Of a stretch of 64,000 bases of DNA, positions 54,389 to 63,965 are shown piece after piece (within the stretch, counting starts at the first letter, position 1; each line of letters opens with the position of its first letter). This stretch comes from Planctomycetota bacterium (GTDB lineage Bacteria > Planctomycetota > MHYJ01 > JACPRB01). The stretch lies in the NCBI GenBank assembly GCA_035574235.1, contig DATLZA010000078.1, forward strand, positions 214 through 64,213, given 5' to 3'. The notes below the pieces were generated by a model. It made no database searches. It worked only from the letters and a program-made list of their open reading frames with translations, and was not told the DNA's origin. The position numbers and the translations under genes were made by a program.

Positions 54389-55227
54389 GGCGAATCCTTC
54401 TTCTCCGGCGGGCGCTCCGCCTCGTCTTCCTTGAAGCTGCGCTGAAAGCGGGCGGGCTTCGGCGGCCGGCGCTCGGCGGCCGGTTCGAACCCCCGCAGGG
54501 GCACCTTCTTCAATCCGGGGGGAACGTCGAACTCCTCAGGGGCGACCGGGCCGCTCCGCGCCGACGATACCTCGAACTGCTCGACGACCCGCTCGAGGAA
54601 AAGAACGTACCGCACCGTGGCCCGGGAGGGAAACCCTCCCAGCTCCCGAAGCCGCGGAAGCGCTTCCGGAGGAAACGCCCCCGCCGCGGCGAGCGCCTCC
54701 CAGTACCCCTGGGCGTCCCGGACGGCGGGTTCGCCTTCGACCGAAACGCGCACGCGGTCGCCGTTGAGGATCACTTCCCGCCGCCCGTCCCGCGCGCGCA
54801 CCTCCACGCGCGGCGGCTCGGCGTAACGGTCGAACCCCTCCAAAAGCGCCGCCAGCTCGCGCTCCTCCGCCGTGCCCGGTACCCGGTCCCGGCACGCCTG
54901 GATCCCGTCGAGGGCGGCCTTCCGGACGGCTTCGACCTCGTCGAAGGTGTACTCCGAGTACTCGCCCGCGGCCAGGTCGATCTTCACGATCGTCCGCCGG
55001 TCGGGACGGATGATCAGACGCTGGGCGAACGTGCGATCCTCGATCGCAAGGTCGTTTCCCCGCAGGCGCACGGTCTCGACCCGCCGGTACTCCCGCCGCC
55101 GGCCCAGAAGATCGATGTGAACGGCGTGCACGGTCCGCTCGACGATGAGCCCCGGCGCGGAACCGTTGCCGGAAGCGGCTTCCTGCGCCGCCCCGGCCAG
55201 GAGCACGCAAAGACCCAGCGTTCTCAT
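54385..55227 (-). CDS. secreted hypothetical protein (280 aa)
   Basis: Signal peptide MRTLGLCVLLAGAAQEAASG. Pro/Glu/Arg-rich C-tail. 4-nt overlaps with the FtsX permease upstream and lexA downstream. Confidence 0.55.
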   Translation of the reverse strand: MRTLGLCVLLAGAAQEAASGNGSAPGLIVERTVHAVHIDLLGRRREYRRVETVRLRGNDLAIEDRTFAQRLIIRPDRRTIVKIDLAAGEYSEYTFDEVEAVRKAALDGIQACRDRVPGTAEERELAALLEGFDRYAEPPRVEVRARDGRREVILNGDRVRVSVEGEPAVRDAQGYWEALAAAGAFPPEALPRLRELGGFPSRATVRYVLFLERVVEQFEVSSARSGPVAPEEFDVPPGLKKVPLRGFEPAAERRPPKPARFQRSFKEDEAERPPEKKDSP

Positions 55228-56510
55228 TCGTACCTCAGGGCGGCCACGGGTTCGAGGCGCGCCGCCCGCCGCGCCGGAACGAACCCCGCCGCCACGCTGA
55301 CGAACACGGAAAACATCAGGGCCCCCGCGGCCAGACCGGGCGAAAGATAAAAGAGATCCGTCTCCGTCGGCAGGTCGAAGACGCGGCGGGCGATCGCGTT
55401 GAAAATCCGCCCCGCCAGCGCCCCCGCGGCGATCCCGAGAAGACCTCCGAGAAGACCGATTCCGCCCGCCTCCAGGAGGAAAAGCCGGCCGATGTCGCGG
55501 TCCCGGGCGCCCAACGCCTTCATGATACCAATCTCGCGGGTCCGCTCAAGGACGGCCATGGCCATGGTGTTGGCGATCCCGAAGAGCGAAACGATGAGCC
55601 CGACGGCGCCGACCGCCGCCATGAATCCTTCCACGACGAGAAAAACGACGCCGACCATGCGGATCATGTCGGCGGCGCTGAAGACCTCGTAGCCCGCGTG
55701 GCGCAGCCGGCGGGCCACCTCCTCGGCCTGGCGCGGATCCTTCGCGCGGACGACCGCGGCGGCGTGCGTTCCCTTCTTGTACGGGACCCAGGAGAGAAGC
55801 CCTCCCCGCGTGGCCTCCCGCAGCGCCGCGGCCGCCGCGGCCGGAAGCACGATCCGCCGGCCTCTCAGGCCGATCGCCGACGGATCGAAAACGCCGGCGC
55901 AGGAAAACTCCAGCGGAGCCTCCCCCTCGCCCTCGCCGCCGGGCCTGCGGAACGTGACGCGCGCCCCGACCGCGGCCGCCGGTTCCAGCCCCAGCTCTCC
56001 CTCCACCAGCGGCGCGGGCAAAAGACAGGCCCGCGCGGACGGCTCCGTCCAGAGCGCCCCCGCCACCAGCGCCTCGCGGTAGGCGGCTTCCTCCTCCGGA
56101 AAAACGCCTCCCACCGGCGCCAGAGGCAGCGACCGCGACCGCCCCTCCGCCTCGATCGCGCATCCGAGGAAGAAGTCGAGATCCGGCGCGGCCGAGGCCA
56201 CTCCCGGCAGGGCCGCCATCTCCCGGATCTCCTCTTCCGTGATCGGCAGGAGCTGCGCCCCCATGGCGAAGGGCATGCGGACCCTCGGACGGCCCCCCCG
56301 TTCGGCCGACGCGCGCGTCACGTGAAGCGTCCGCAGCTGCTCCTCGCTCTCGAAAAGGCGCCGCACCTCGCGTTCCAGCCCGAGCCCGAGCGACACCATG
56401 AGGACGAGCGCCGCCACGCCCACGACCACTCCGGCGGACGTGAGCGCCGTCCGGCCCCGCCGGCGCCGCAGGTTCGTCCAGGACATCCCCAGCGCGTCAG
56501 CGAGCCTCAT
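55224..56510 (-). CDS. ABC transporter permease, FtsX/MacB/LolC-like
   Basis: N-terminal TM after MSWTNLRRRRGRTALTSAGVVVGVAALVLMVSL, then a large periplasmic domain and a C-terminal FtsX 3-TM bundle (GIMKALGARDRDIGRLFLLEAGGIGLLGG). Confidence 0.8.
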   Translation of the reverse strand: MRLADALGMSWTNLRRRRGRTALTSAGVVVGVAALVLMVSLGLGLEREVRRLFESEEQLRTLHVTRASAERGGRPRVRMPFAMGAQLLPITEEEIREMAALPGVASAAPDLDFFLGCAIEAEGRSRSLPLAPVGGVFPEEEAAYREALVAGALWTEPSARACLLPAPLVEGELGLEPAAAVGARVTFRRPGGEGEGEAPLEFSCAGVFDPSAIGLRGRRIVLPAAAAAALREATRGGLLSWVPYKKGTHAAAVVRAKDPRQAEEVARRLRHAGYEVFSAADMIRMVGVVFLVVEGFMAAVGAVGLIVSLFGIANTMAMAVLERTREIGIMKALGARDRDIGRLFLLEAGGIGLLGGLLGIAAGALAGRIFNAIARRVFDLPTETDLFYLSPGLAAGALMFSVFVSVAAGFVPARRAARLEPVAALRYE

Positions 56511-57189
56511 CGCGCACCAGGCGGCCGTCCCGCAGTTCCAGAATCCGCCGCGCGATGGAACCCGCCAGCGCGGCGTCGTGCGTCACGAAAAGGATCGTCT
56601 TCCCCTCCAGGCTCCGGAAGAGATCCATCAGTTCCCCCGCGGTGCGGGAATCGAGGTTGCCGGTGGGCTCGTCGGCCAAAAGAAGCGGCGGGTCGTTCGC
56701 CAGGGCCCGCGCCACCGCCACACGCTGCTGCTCCCCGCCCGAAAGCTGCCCGGGCCGGTGTTCCCGCCGCGCCGAAAGCCCCACGCGCTCGAGCAGCTCC
56801 TCCGCCCGGCGGCGCCGCTCCCGCGGGGCGACCCCCGCCCAGACGAGCGGCAGCTCCACGTTCTGAACCGCCGTCAGCGTGGGCACGAGATTGAAGAACT
56901 GGAAGACGAACCCCACCGACGACCGCCGGTACCGCGCGCGTTCCTCCCCGGAAAGATCCCCGAGCGGACGGCCGCGGAAGCGGATTTCCCCCGACGTGGG
57001 CCGGTCGAGGCCCCCGATCAGGTGAAGGAGCGTGGACTTTCCGCTGCCCGAGCGGCCGACGACCGCGACGATCTCCCCCTCCTCGAACGAAGCGCTGACC
57101 GAATCGAGCGCGGTCACGACCGTTTCGCCCATGACGTAGCGGCGCGTCAGCCGCTCGGCGCGCAGGAGTTCACCCATCGGCCGCGCCAT
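56497..57189 (-). CDS. ABC transporter ATP-binding protein (MacB/LolD-type)
   Basis: Walker A GRSGSGKSTLL, Q-loop, signature LSGGEQQRVAVARA, Walker B LLLADEPTGNLD. Confidence 0.9.
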   Translation of the reverse strand: MARPMGELLRAERLTRRYVMGETVVTALDSVSASFEEGEIVAVVGRSGSGKSTLLHLIGGLDRPTSGEIRFRGRPLGDLSGEERARYRRSSVGFVFQFFNLVPTLTAVQNVELPLVWAGVAPRERRRRAEELLERVGLSARREHRPGQLSGGEQQRVAVARALANDPPLLLADEPTGNLDSRTAGELMDLFRSLEGKTILFVTHDAALAGSIARRILELRDGRLVRDEAR

Positions 57190-57227
57190 TCCACCAGAAA
57201 CGACCCCCGACCGCCAGCAAGAACGCG

Positions 57228-57259
57228 GGTTGACTTCGCTCGCCGGGCTCCTCTATCAT
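57228..57259 (+). promoter_or_regulatory. sigma70-like promoter candidate (TTGACT-18-TATCAT) for the lipoprotein gene
   Basis: ttgacttcgctcgccgggctcctctatcat lies immediately upstream of the ATG at 57266. Seen in sequence only. Confidence 0.3.
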
Positions 57260-57265
57260 GCTTTC

Positions 57266-57700
57266 ATGATCCGGAAAACGCTGGCGCTGGCGGCCCTGGC
57301 GCTGGCCGGCTGTTACACCGAGGTCTATCGGGAACCGGCCGCCGTTCCGGCGGGCCCTCCCCTCACGCGGGACGAAGTCGAGCGCCTGGCGGCGGCCGGA
57401 GTGTCGGAAGCGGTGATCCTGGAGCTCGTCGAGCAGCGGGGCGCGCGGCCGCTTTCGGCGGACGACATCGTGGCGCTCAAGAAGGCGGGCGCCTCCGACG
57501 CCGTCGTCCAGAAGATGATCGCCCGGGAAACCAAGGAGCCCGAGGTGGTCTACGTGGAGCGGCCCGTGTACTACCGCTCGTACTATTATTACGACCCCTG
57601 GTGGCCCCATTCCTGGTACTGCGGGCCGGGCATCGGCTTCAGCTATCACTACTATCGGTGGCGGCCCCGGGCGGGATTCGGCGTGCGAATCGTCCGCTGA
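57266..57700 (+). CDS. hypothetical lipoprotein with Tyr/Trp-rich C-terminus
   Basis: MIRKTLALAALALAGCYTE lipoprotein signal with lipobox LAGC. C-terminal YYRSYYYYDPWWPHSWYCGPGIGFSYHYYRWRP. The track ORF starts at an upstream TTG. Confidence 0.55.
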   Translation: MIRKTLALAALALAGCYTEVYREPAAVPAGPPLTRDEVERLAAAGVSEAVILELVEQRGARPLSADDIVALKKAGASDAVVQKMIARETKEPEVVYVERPVYYRSYYYYDPWWPHSWYCGPGIGFSYHYYRWRPRAGFGVRIVR

Positions 57701-57742
57701 TCCTGCTTGACAGGTCCCCGCGGCCGGAGGTAGACATTAGCC

Positions 57743-57988
57743 ATGGCCGCCCGGGAATCGCGCAAATCCGCCCGTTACAAGATGACCTTTCCTCAGAAGA
57801 TCGTGGGCGAGCCCATCATGACCAAGCTCGCCCAGGACTTCAACGTCACCTACAACATGATGCGCGGCCGGATCAGCGAGAAAGGCGCCTGGCTCGACGT
57901 GGAACTCATCGGGCCGGCCCGCAACATCGAGAAAGCCCTCAAGTACCTGTCCGAGCGGGGCGTCACGATCCAGCCTCTCGAGGGATGA
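57743..57988 (+). CDS. standalone NIL-domain protein (MetN C-terminal-like ferredoxin-fold domain)
   Basis: 81 aa, FPQKIVGEPIMTKLAQDFNVTYNMMRGRISEKGAWLDVELIGPARNIEKALKYLSERGVTIQPLE matches the NIL-domain pattern. GGAGGT RBS 12 nt upstream. Confidence 0.55.
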   Translation: MAARESRKSARYKMTFPQKIVGEPIMTKLAQDFNVTYNMMRGRISEKGAWLDVELIGPARNIEKALKYLSERGVTIQPLEG

Positions 57989-57995
57989 GGCGCCG

Positions 57996-58790
57996 TCACG
58001 CCCCCAGCACCTTGCGCGGCTGAAGCAGACCTTCCCGAACCTCCCCCACGCCGAGGAACCGCGGCCCGCAATAGACGCGCACCCGGCCCGCTCCCTCCCG
58101 CTCCACGGGACGCCCCGCGGCGAACCGGCCCGCCTCTTCCGTGGAGAGGCGCGCCTCGGGAAGATGCAGCACCGCCGCGTCCGGCGGCAGGAGCTCCGGC
58201 CCCGCATCCTCCACCCGGAACGGCCCGATCGCCGTGCGCCGCAGCTCCACCACGTGCCCCCCCAGATCGCGCGCCAGCGACCGCACGTAGAGGCCCTTGG
58301 AGCCGCGCACCCGGAAACGCGCCCGCGGCGGGTCGTACGAAAGAAGCGCCAGCTCCGCCACCCGCACGCGCCGTTCCGGCGCCTCCACCGCCCGGCCCTC
58401 CCGCGCATATTCGTACAGCTTCCGGCCCCGCACCTTCACGGCCGCGTAGCGCGGCGGTTTCTGGGCGATCTCCCCCACGAAGCGCGCGGCCGCGCGCTCC
58501 AGCTCCTCCCGCGAAGGGACCGGTCCCGTCCCGACGCGCGCCCCCTCCGCGTCGTCCGTCTCCGTCCGGACCCCCAGCTCCACGGCGAATTCGTACGTCT
58601 TCTCGAGATCCTGGAGGAATTCGAGAAGCCGCACCGCCTTCCCGAGCCCCACGACGAGAAGCCCTGTGGCCATCGGATCGAGCGTCCCCGCGTGACCCAC
58701 GCGGCGCTCCCCCCGCGCGCGGCGGATCTCCTGCACGACGTCGTGCGACGTCTTCCCCGCGGGCTTGTCCACGAGAAGAATGCCGTCCAT
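57996..58790 (-). CDS. truB: tRNA pseudouridine(55) synthase
   Basis: Start MDGILLVDKPAGKTSHDVV (ATG 58790) with catalytic HAGTLDPMATGLLVVGLGKA. The upstream 26 aa of the track ORF are excluded. Confidence 0.9.
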   Translation of the reverse strand: MDGILLVDKPAGKTSHDVVQEIRRARGERRVGHAGTLDPMATGLLVVGLGKAVRLLEFLQDLEKTYEFAVELGVRTETDDAEGARVGTGPVPSREELERAAARFVGEIAQKPPRYAAVKVRGRKLYEYAREGRAVEAPERRVRVAELALLSYDPPRARFRVRGSKGLYVRSLARDLGGHVVELRRTAIGPFRVEDAGPELLPPDAAVLHLPEARLSTEEAGRFAAGRPVEREGAGRVRVYCGPRFLGVGEVREGLLQPRKVLGA

Positions 58791-58869
58791 CGCGCCCCCA
58801 GAATACCCGGCCGCCCCGGCGCCGACAACCGCGCCCTTTCGGCCCGCCGCCGGGTACAATGCGGCCACG

Positions 58870-59580
58870 ATGCTCTACGTCCTCGGAACTCCCATCGGAA
58901 ACCTCGAAGATCTCTCGGAGCGCGGCCGGCGGATCCTCGCGGAATGCGACGCGGTCGTGAGCGAAGACACCCGGACGACCCTCAAGCTCCTGGGCCGCTG
59001 CGGCCTGCGGAAGCCCGCCCTCGCCTACTTCCAGCACAGCCCGCCCCGGCGGCTCCAGGAGATCCTCGAACGCCTCCGGCGCGGGGAAAATCTCGTCCTC
59101 GTGACCGAAAGCGGAACCCCCGGCGTCAGCGACCCCGGGGCGCGCCTCGTCGAAGCCGCCCTGCAGGAAGGCGTGCGCGTGGTTCCCGTTCCCGGCCCCT
59201 CGGCCCTCGCGGCCGCGGCCAGCGTCTCGGGCTTCCCCGCCGACTCCTTCCATTTCGCGGGCTTTCTTCCTCGGCGGCCCGGCCGGCGGCGGAAAGCCCT
59301 GGCCGCGCTGGCGGCCCTCGACGTTCCCCTCTTCCTCTTCGAAGCCCCCCATCGCGTCGTCGAAACTCTTCAGGATATTCTCGAGGTCCTGGGGGACCGC
59401 CGCCTGACAGTCTGCCGGGAACTCACGAAGGTGCATGAAGAGGTATGGCGGACGACCGTTTCGGGCGCCCTCGAACGCTACCGCCGCGAAGCGCCGCGGG
59501 GGGAATTCACGCTCGCGATCGAAGGGGCCCCGCGCCGCGCGGGCTCACCAGAGGAGCTCGAGCCCGAACATCCCGGATAA
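58870..59580 (+). CDS. rsmI: 16S rRNA (cytidine1402-2'-O)-methyltransferase
   Basis: MLYVLGTPIGNLEDLSERGRRILAECDAVVSEDTR is the tetrapyrrole-methylase-fold RsmI N-terminus. Start at ATG 58870. Confidence 0.85.
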   Translation: MLYVLGTPIGNLEDLSERGRRILAECDAVVSEDTRTTLKLLGRCGLRKPALAYFQHSPPRRLQEILERLRRGENLVLVTESGTPGVSDPGARLVEAALQEGVRVVPVPGPSALAAAASVSGFPADSFHFAGFLPRRPGRRRKALAALAALDVPLFLFEAPHRVVETLQDILEVLGDRRLTVCRELTKVHEEVWRTTVSGALERYRREAPRGEFTLAIEGAPRRAGSPEELEPEHPG

Positions 59581-60162
59581 CCCGAGCACGCTCTCCCGCC
59601 GCCCGCCGCGGAATTCGGTCGAGGCGCCGTCCAGCGACGCCCCCGCCCGGATCCGAAGCGCCTCGTGAAGCTGAAAGGACAGCGCCCCCTCGGCCGAGAA
59701 GGCCGGCCCCGTGTCGTCCGAAAGGTCCAGGCCGTGGCTCTCCCAACGGATCGCCCCGACCGACACGGCCGCCGCGAACGACAGCTCCTGCGTGAGATCG
59801 AGGCGCAGCCCCAGGCCGCCGAACAATCCCCGGATGAGAACGTGCTCCTCGCCGGGGCCGGGAACGTCCGAATTGTCGTAATCGTAGTGCCGGTAGGTCA
59901 CGCTCAGCGAAAACCCGCGCCCGATCCCGAGCCCGTAGCGCACGTAGAAGCCGAGATCGTTTTCGAGGTCGAGATCCGCGTCCCACGCCGTGTAAAGGAC
60001 GCCCAGGTCGAACAGGCTGTGGGCGGTCACGTATTCCATCATCGTCCACTCCCGCCCCGATTCGGCGGAGTCCTGCCCGGGCTCCTGGGAGAGCGCCGTG
60101 GGAAGGGGAGCGTCCGCCCGGAGCGGAGCGGAAAGGGCCAGCGCCAGGACGAACGACATCAT
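59545..60162 (-). CDS. small outer-membrane beta-barrel protein (OmpA-like/porin-fold)
   Basis: Signal peptide MMSFVLALALSAPLRA, alternating beta-strand pattern, terminal aromatic ...FGLELLW. Confidence 0.55.
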   Translation of the reverse strand: MMSFVLALALSAPLRADAPLPTALSQEPGQDSAESGREWTMMEYVTAHSLFDLGVLYTAWDADLDLENDLGFYVRYGLGIGRGFSLSVTYRHYDYDNSDVPGPGEEHVLIRGLFGGLGLRLDLTQELSFAAAVSVGAIRWESHGLDLSDDTGPAFSAEGALSFQLHEALRIRAGASLDGASTEFRGGRRESVLGLSGMFGLELLW

Positions 60163-60202
60163 CGCCGATTCTCCAACCTCGACCCCTTACCGATTAGATC
60201 GG

Positions 60203-60929
60203 CTAAAAGCCGATTTCGATGGAGAGCCGGAGCGAGAAATCGTGGTGGGTGCGGGTCCGGTCGCCGTTGAAGTCGCTCCGCAGAAGGTCCGCCTCCCCCG
60301 CCGCGTGCAGGCGCGCCCAGGGGGAAAGCCGGAACGTCCAGGCGGCCTGGAAGGAAAAAAGCGGACCCGTATCCCCCTCCGCGCCCGGAGCTTCGGAGGC
60401 GAAACGGATCGCGCCGGCCCCCATCCGCACCGAGGGGCGCACGGCCGGGTCGTCCAGCCCGAAATCGTAGCGGAATCCCGCCAGGTACGCCTGCACGGTC
60501 GCCTCTTCGCCGGACCGCTCGTCCTCGGTCTCCCAGCGGCGAACCTCGGCGAAGAAGGCGTTGCGCACGTAGAGCGCCGCGCCCCACCCGGCGCCGTCTT
60601 CGAGCTCGAGATCCCCATCCCAATGCGTAAGTCGGGCGTGAAGCTCCACGGCCAGGTCCTCGTACCAGACGCTCGCGGGCGGCCGGCGGCCGCGGACCTC
60701 TTCCAGACGCCGCCGGAGGGCTTCGAGCCGCTCCTCGGTGCGGCGGTACTCCTCGTTATGGCGCCGCGCGGCTTCCACGTCCCCCCGATCCACCGCCTCC
60801 CGGATCCGATCCTCGAGCCGCTCGAGGCGCACCTCGAGTTCCGCGGCGCGCCTTTCGAGCGCCCGCTCGTCGGCCGGCAGAGGCTCCTCCTGGAGCGCCA
60901 GGACAGCCGCCCAAAGGAGCGCGCTCATG
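60203..60929 (-). CDS. small outer-membrane beta-barrel protein with N-terminal coiled coil
   Basis: Start MSALLWAAVLALQ (ATG 60929, overlapping the bioD stop by 5 nt). Coiled coil ERRAAELEVRLERLEDRIREAV, then a beta-barrel ending SIEIGF. Confidence 0.55.
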
Positions 60930-61623
60930 CGTCCTCCAGCCGCCGCGCCAGCCGGTCGAATTCGGAATGCCGGAGCGCCCGGGCCACGTCTCCGCCGAGG
61001 TACGGGATCGTGGCCAGGACGGGCCGTCCGGTTTCCTCCTCGAGCGCCCGCGGATTGAGCCGCTCCGCCAGCCCTTTCCGGAAGGGGGCGTGGTAGTTGA
61101 GAACCAGCCCCAGGACGTGCAGGCCGTACGCGCGGGCGGCCAGGACGGTGAGGGCCGTGTGGTTGATCGTGCCGAGAGTCGGGCGGGTGACGACGAGGAC
61201 CGGCAGCTTGAACCGGGCGGCCCATCGGGCCACGGGCAGACGGGGCCGGACGGGCACCAGGATCCCCCCGACGCCCTCGACGACGAGCCGCTCATGGCGG
61301 CGGCGAAGCAGCCGCCAGGCGCGCGCGACCGCGTCGAGATCGACGGGCCGCCGCTCGAGACGCGCCGCCTCGCTGGGGGCCAAGGGCGGCCGATAGAGGG
61401 CGGGGGTAACCAGCTCCGGCGGATCGCCGGCGCCGGACGCCCGCAGAAGAAGTTCGGCGTCCTCGGAGACCCACCGCCGGCCGCGGCGGACGGCTCCGGT
61501 GGCGAAGGGCTTGAAGACGCCCACGTCGGCGCCGCGGCGGGCCCACGCGGCGGCCAGGCCCGCGGAGACGACGGTTTTCCCGACCCCCGTGTCGGTGCCG
61601 GTGACGAAGACGGCGCGGATCAT
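60925..61623 (-). CDS. bioD: dethiobiotin synthetase
   Basis: MIRAVFVTGTDTGVGKTVVSAGLAAAW P-loop and the BioD fold. Start overlaps the topA stop by 4 nt. It is the C-terminal 232 aa of the composite 60925..63402 track ORF. Confidence 0.85.
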   Translation of the reverse strand: MIRAVFVTGTDTGVGKTVVSAGLAAAWARRGADVGVFKPFATGAVRRGRRWVSEDAELLLRASGAGDPPELVTPALYRPPLAPSEAARLERRPVDLDAVARAWRLLRRRHERLVVEGVGGILVPVRPRLPVARWAARFKLPVLVVTRPTLGTINHTALTVLAARAYGLHVLGLVLNYHAPFRKGLAERLNPRALEEETGRPVLATIPYLGGDVARALRHSEFDRLARRLEDA

Positions 61624-63965
61624 TCCGCGGACTCGGCCCCGTCGGATTCCTCGGCCTCCTCCGGGGCGGCCCCCTCGCCCGAAACGGGAGCTTCTTCGCC
61701 GGGCGGGCGCACGTCCTTGAACCACTCGCGGGGGAAGCGGCGCGTGTTTTTGCACTCGGGGTAACCGGTGCAGGCGATGAATCCGCCGCGGCGGCCGTAG
61801 CGGATGCGCAGCGGCCGGCCGCATTTGTCGCAGTCTTCCTTCCAGTCCTTGGGGATCTCCACGCGCTTGTTGCCGCGCGGGAGGGACTTGGTCCCGCGGC
61901 AGTCCGGGTAGCGCGTGCAGGCCAGAAAGCGGCCCAGCCGGCCGGACTTGATCACCATGGGCGCGCCGCACTGGTCGCACTTTTCGTTCTTGGCCTCCTC
62001 GGACGGCAGATGCTTGATCCCGCGGCACTCGGGAAAGCCGGAGCAGCCCAGGAACCGCCCGTACCGGTTCCAGCGCACCAGCATGGGGCGGCCGCATTTG
62101 TCGCAGACCACCCCGGCCGCTTCCTGCCCCTTTTCGCTCTCCATCTCCTCCTTGGCCCGGTCGAGGTCGCCGATGAAGGCGTCGTAAAAGCGCCGCAACA
62201 CGTCCACCCAGCGCTCCTTGCCCTCCTCGATCCGGTCCAGGTCCTTCTCCATCCGGGCGGTGAAGCCCGTGTTCATGATGTCGTTGAAGTGCTTGACGAG
62301 CTTGTCGTTGATGAGGATTCCGAGCTCGGTGGGGAAGAGCTTGCGGTCTTCGAGCCGCACGTAGCCGCGTTCCTGGATGGTCGAGAGGATCGGCGCGTAG
62401 GTGCTGGGACGGCCGATGCCGTAGCGTTCGAGGGTCTTGACGAGGGACGCCTCCGTGTACCGCGGGGGCGGCTCGGTGAAGTGCTGTTCCGGGAGAAGCT
62501 CGACTAGGCGCGGGCGGTCCCCCGCCGCCAGCGGCGGCAGGATCTGATCGTCCTTCCGGAGGGCATGGCCCCACACCTGGGTGAAGCCGTCGAACTTGAG
62601 CTCGCGCCCCTTGGCCACGAAGGTCGCCCGGCCCGCGCGGATTTCCGCCTCGGTCAGGAGGTACTCCGCGGGCTTCATCTGCGAGGCGACGAATCGCCGC
62701 CAGATGAGCCGGTAGAGGCGGAACTGGTCCTCCGTGAGGTACGGCTTGAGGTCCTCCGGGGTGCGGTGGACGTACGTGGGCCGGATCGCCTCGTGGGCCT
62801 CCTGCATCCCCTTGCGGCGGGCGCGCAGGATCGGTTTTTCGGGAAGATAAGATCCGCCGAAGCGTTTGCCGATGAGGTCGCGCACCTCCGCCAGCGCTTC
62901 GTCGGCCACACGGAACGAGTCCGTCCGCATGTACGTGATCAGGCCCACGGAGCCTTCGTCCCCCAGCTCCACGCCCTCGTAGAGCTGCTGGGCCACCATC
63001 ATGGTCCGCTTGGCGGAGAAGCGCAGCTTGATGGAAGCCTGCTGCTGAAGGAGGCTGGTCGTGAAGGGCGGCGGCGGGGGCTCCGACCGCGCGCGCGACT
63101 GGACCGAGACGACCTCGTAGGGGACTCCGCGGAGCTCCTCGACCAGCGCCCGCGCCGAGGCTTCGTTGGAAATCGGCACGAGGGGGCGCTTGTCCGTGGA
63201 TTCGCTGGCGAGCCCGATCTCCTTGCCGTCGAGCCTGACGAGGGCGGCCGTGAAGGCGGCGCCGTCCTTGTCGAGGCGGGCCGTGACCGTCCAGTATTCC
63301 TCGGGCTTGAAAGCCTGGATCTCCCGCTCGCGCTCGACGATGAGCCGCACGGCCACGGACTGCACGCGTCCGGCGGAGAGCCCCCGGCCCACTTTGCGCC
63401 ACAGGAGCGGAGAGAGCTTGTAGCCCACGATGCGGTCGAGAAAGCGCCGGGCCTGCTGGGCGTTGACCCGGTGCATCGAAATCGAGCCCGGCCGGCGGAA
63501 GGCCTCGAGCACGCCGCGCCGGGTGATTTCGTTGAAGGTGACGCGCTTGGCCTTTTCTTCGGGGATCTTGAGCGCCTCGATCAGGTGCCAGGCGATGGCT
63601 TCCCCCTCGCGATCCGGGTCCGGCGCCAGGAAGACGGAAGGCGCGCTCCGGGTGGCCTGCCGGAGCTCCGTGAGGATCTTGCCCTTCCCCCGGATCGTCT
63701 GGTAGGTGGGCTCGAAGTCCTTTTCGACGTCGATCCCGAAGGCCCGCTCCGGAAGATCCCGCACGTGTCCCATGCAGGCCTTCACCACGTAGCCGGAGCC
63801 GAGGATCTTGTTGATGGTCCGCGCCTTGGCGGGGGATTCGACGATGACGACGGGCTTTCCGGAGGGGGCGCGTCCCTTCCGGGCCGCGCGGGCCGGGCGT
63901 TCTCCGTCGCCGTCCCCGGAGGCGTCCGCGGGCGGCAGGGCCTTTTTTCGCGTTTTTCGGGCCAT
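61620..63965 (-). CDS. topA: DNA topoisomerase I
   Basis: Toprim start VVIVESPAKARTINKILG and the active-site Tyr region. Three C-terminal zinc-ribbon repeats (CDKCGRPM...C..C, CDQCGAPM, CDKCGRPL). Confidence 0.95.
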   Translation of the reverse strand: MARKTRKKALPPADASGDGDGERPARAARKGRAPSGKPVVIVESPAKARTINKILGSGYVVKACMGHVRDLPERAFGIDVEKDFEPTYQTIRGKGKILTELRQATRSAPSVFLAPDPDREGEAIAWHLIEALKIPEEKAKRVTFNEITRRGVLEAFRRPGSISMHRVNAQQARRFLDRIVGYKLSPLLWRKVGRGLSAGRVQSVAVRLIVEREREIQAFKPEEYWTVTARLDKDGAAFTAALVRLDGKEIGLASESTDKRPLVPISNEASARALVEELRGVPYEVVSVQSRARSEPPPPPFTTSLLQQQASIKLRFSAKRTMMVAQQLYEGVELGDEGSVGLITYMRTDSFRVADEALAEVRDLIGKRFGGSYLPEKPILRARRKGMQEAHEAIRPTYVHRTPEDLKPYLTEDQFRLYRLIWRRFVASQMKPAEYLLTEAEIRAGRATFVAKGRELKFDGFTQVWGHALRKDDQILPPLAAGDRPRLVELLPEQHFTEPPPRYTEASLVKTLERYGIGRPSTYAPILSTIQERGYVRLEDRKLFPTELGILINDKLVKHFNDIMNTGFTARMEKDLDRIEEGKERWVDVLRRFYDAFIGDLDRAKEEMESEKGQEAAGVVCDKCGRPMLVRWNRYGRFLGCSGFPECRGIKHLPSEEAKNEKCDQCGAPMVIKSGRLGRFLACTRYPDCRGTKSLPRGNKRVEIPKDWKEDCDKCGRPLRIRYGRRGGFIACTGYPECKNTRRFPREWFKDVRPPGEEAPVSGEGAAPEEAEESDGAESAE

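Noticed and set aside
55698-59436. ORFs 55698..56894 (+), 56398..58023 (+), 57850..59436 (-)
   Set aside because: Antisense or out of frame relative to the ABC ATPase/permease, truB and rsmI, which all carry diagnostic motifs. Compositionally non-protein-like.
60171-60202. Perfect 7-bp hairpin ATCGGCT-AAA-AGCCGAT overlapping the stop codon of the 60203..60929 OMP gene
   Set aside because: No following T-tract on either strand, so it is not a convincing intrinsic terminator. Noted only as a small palindrome.
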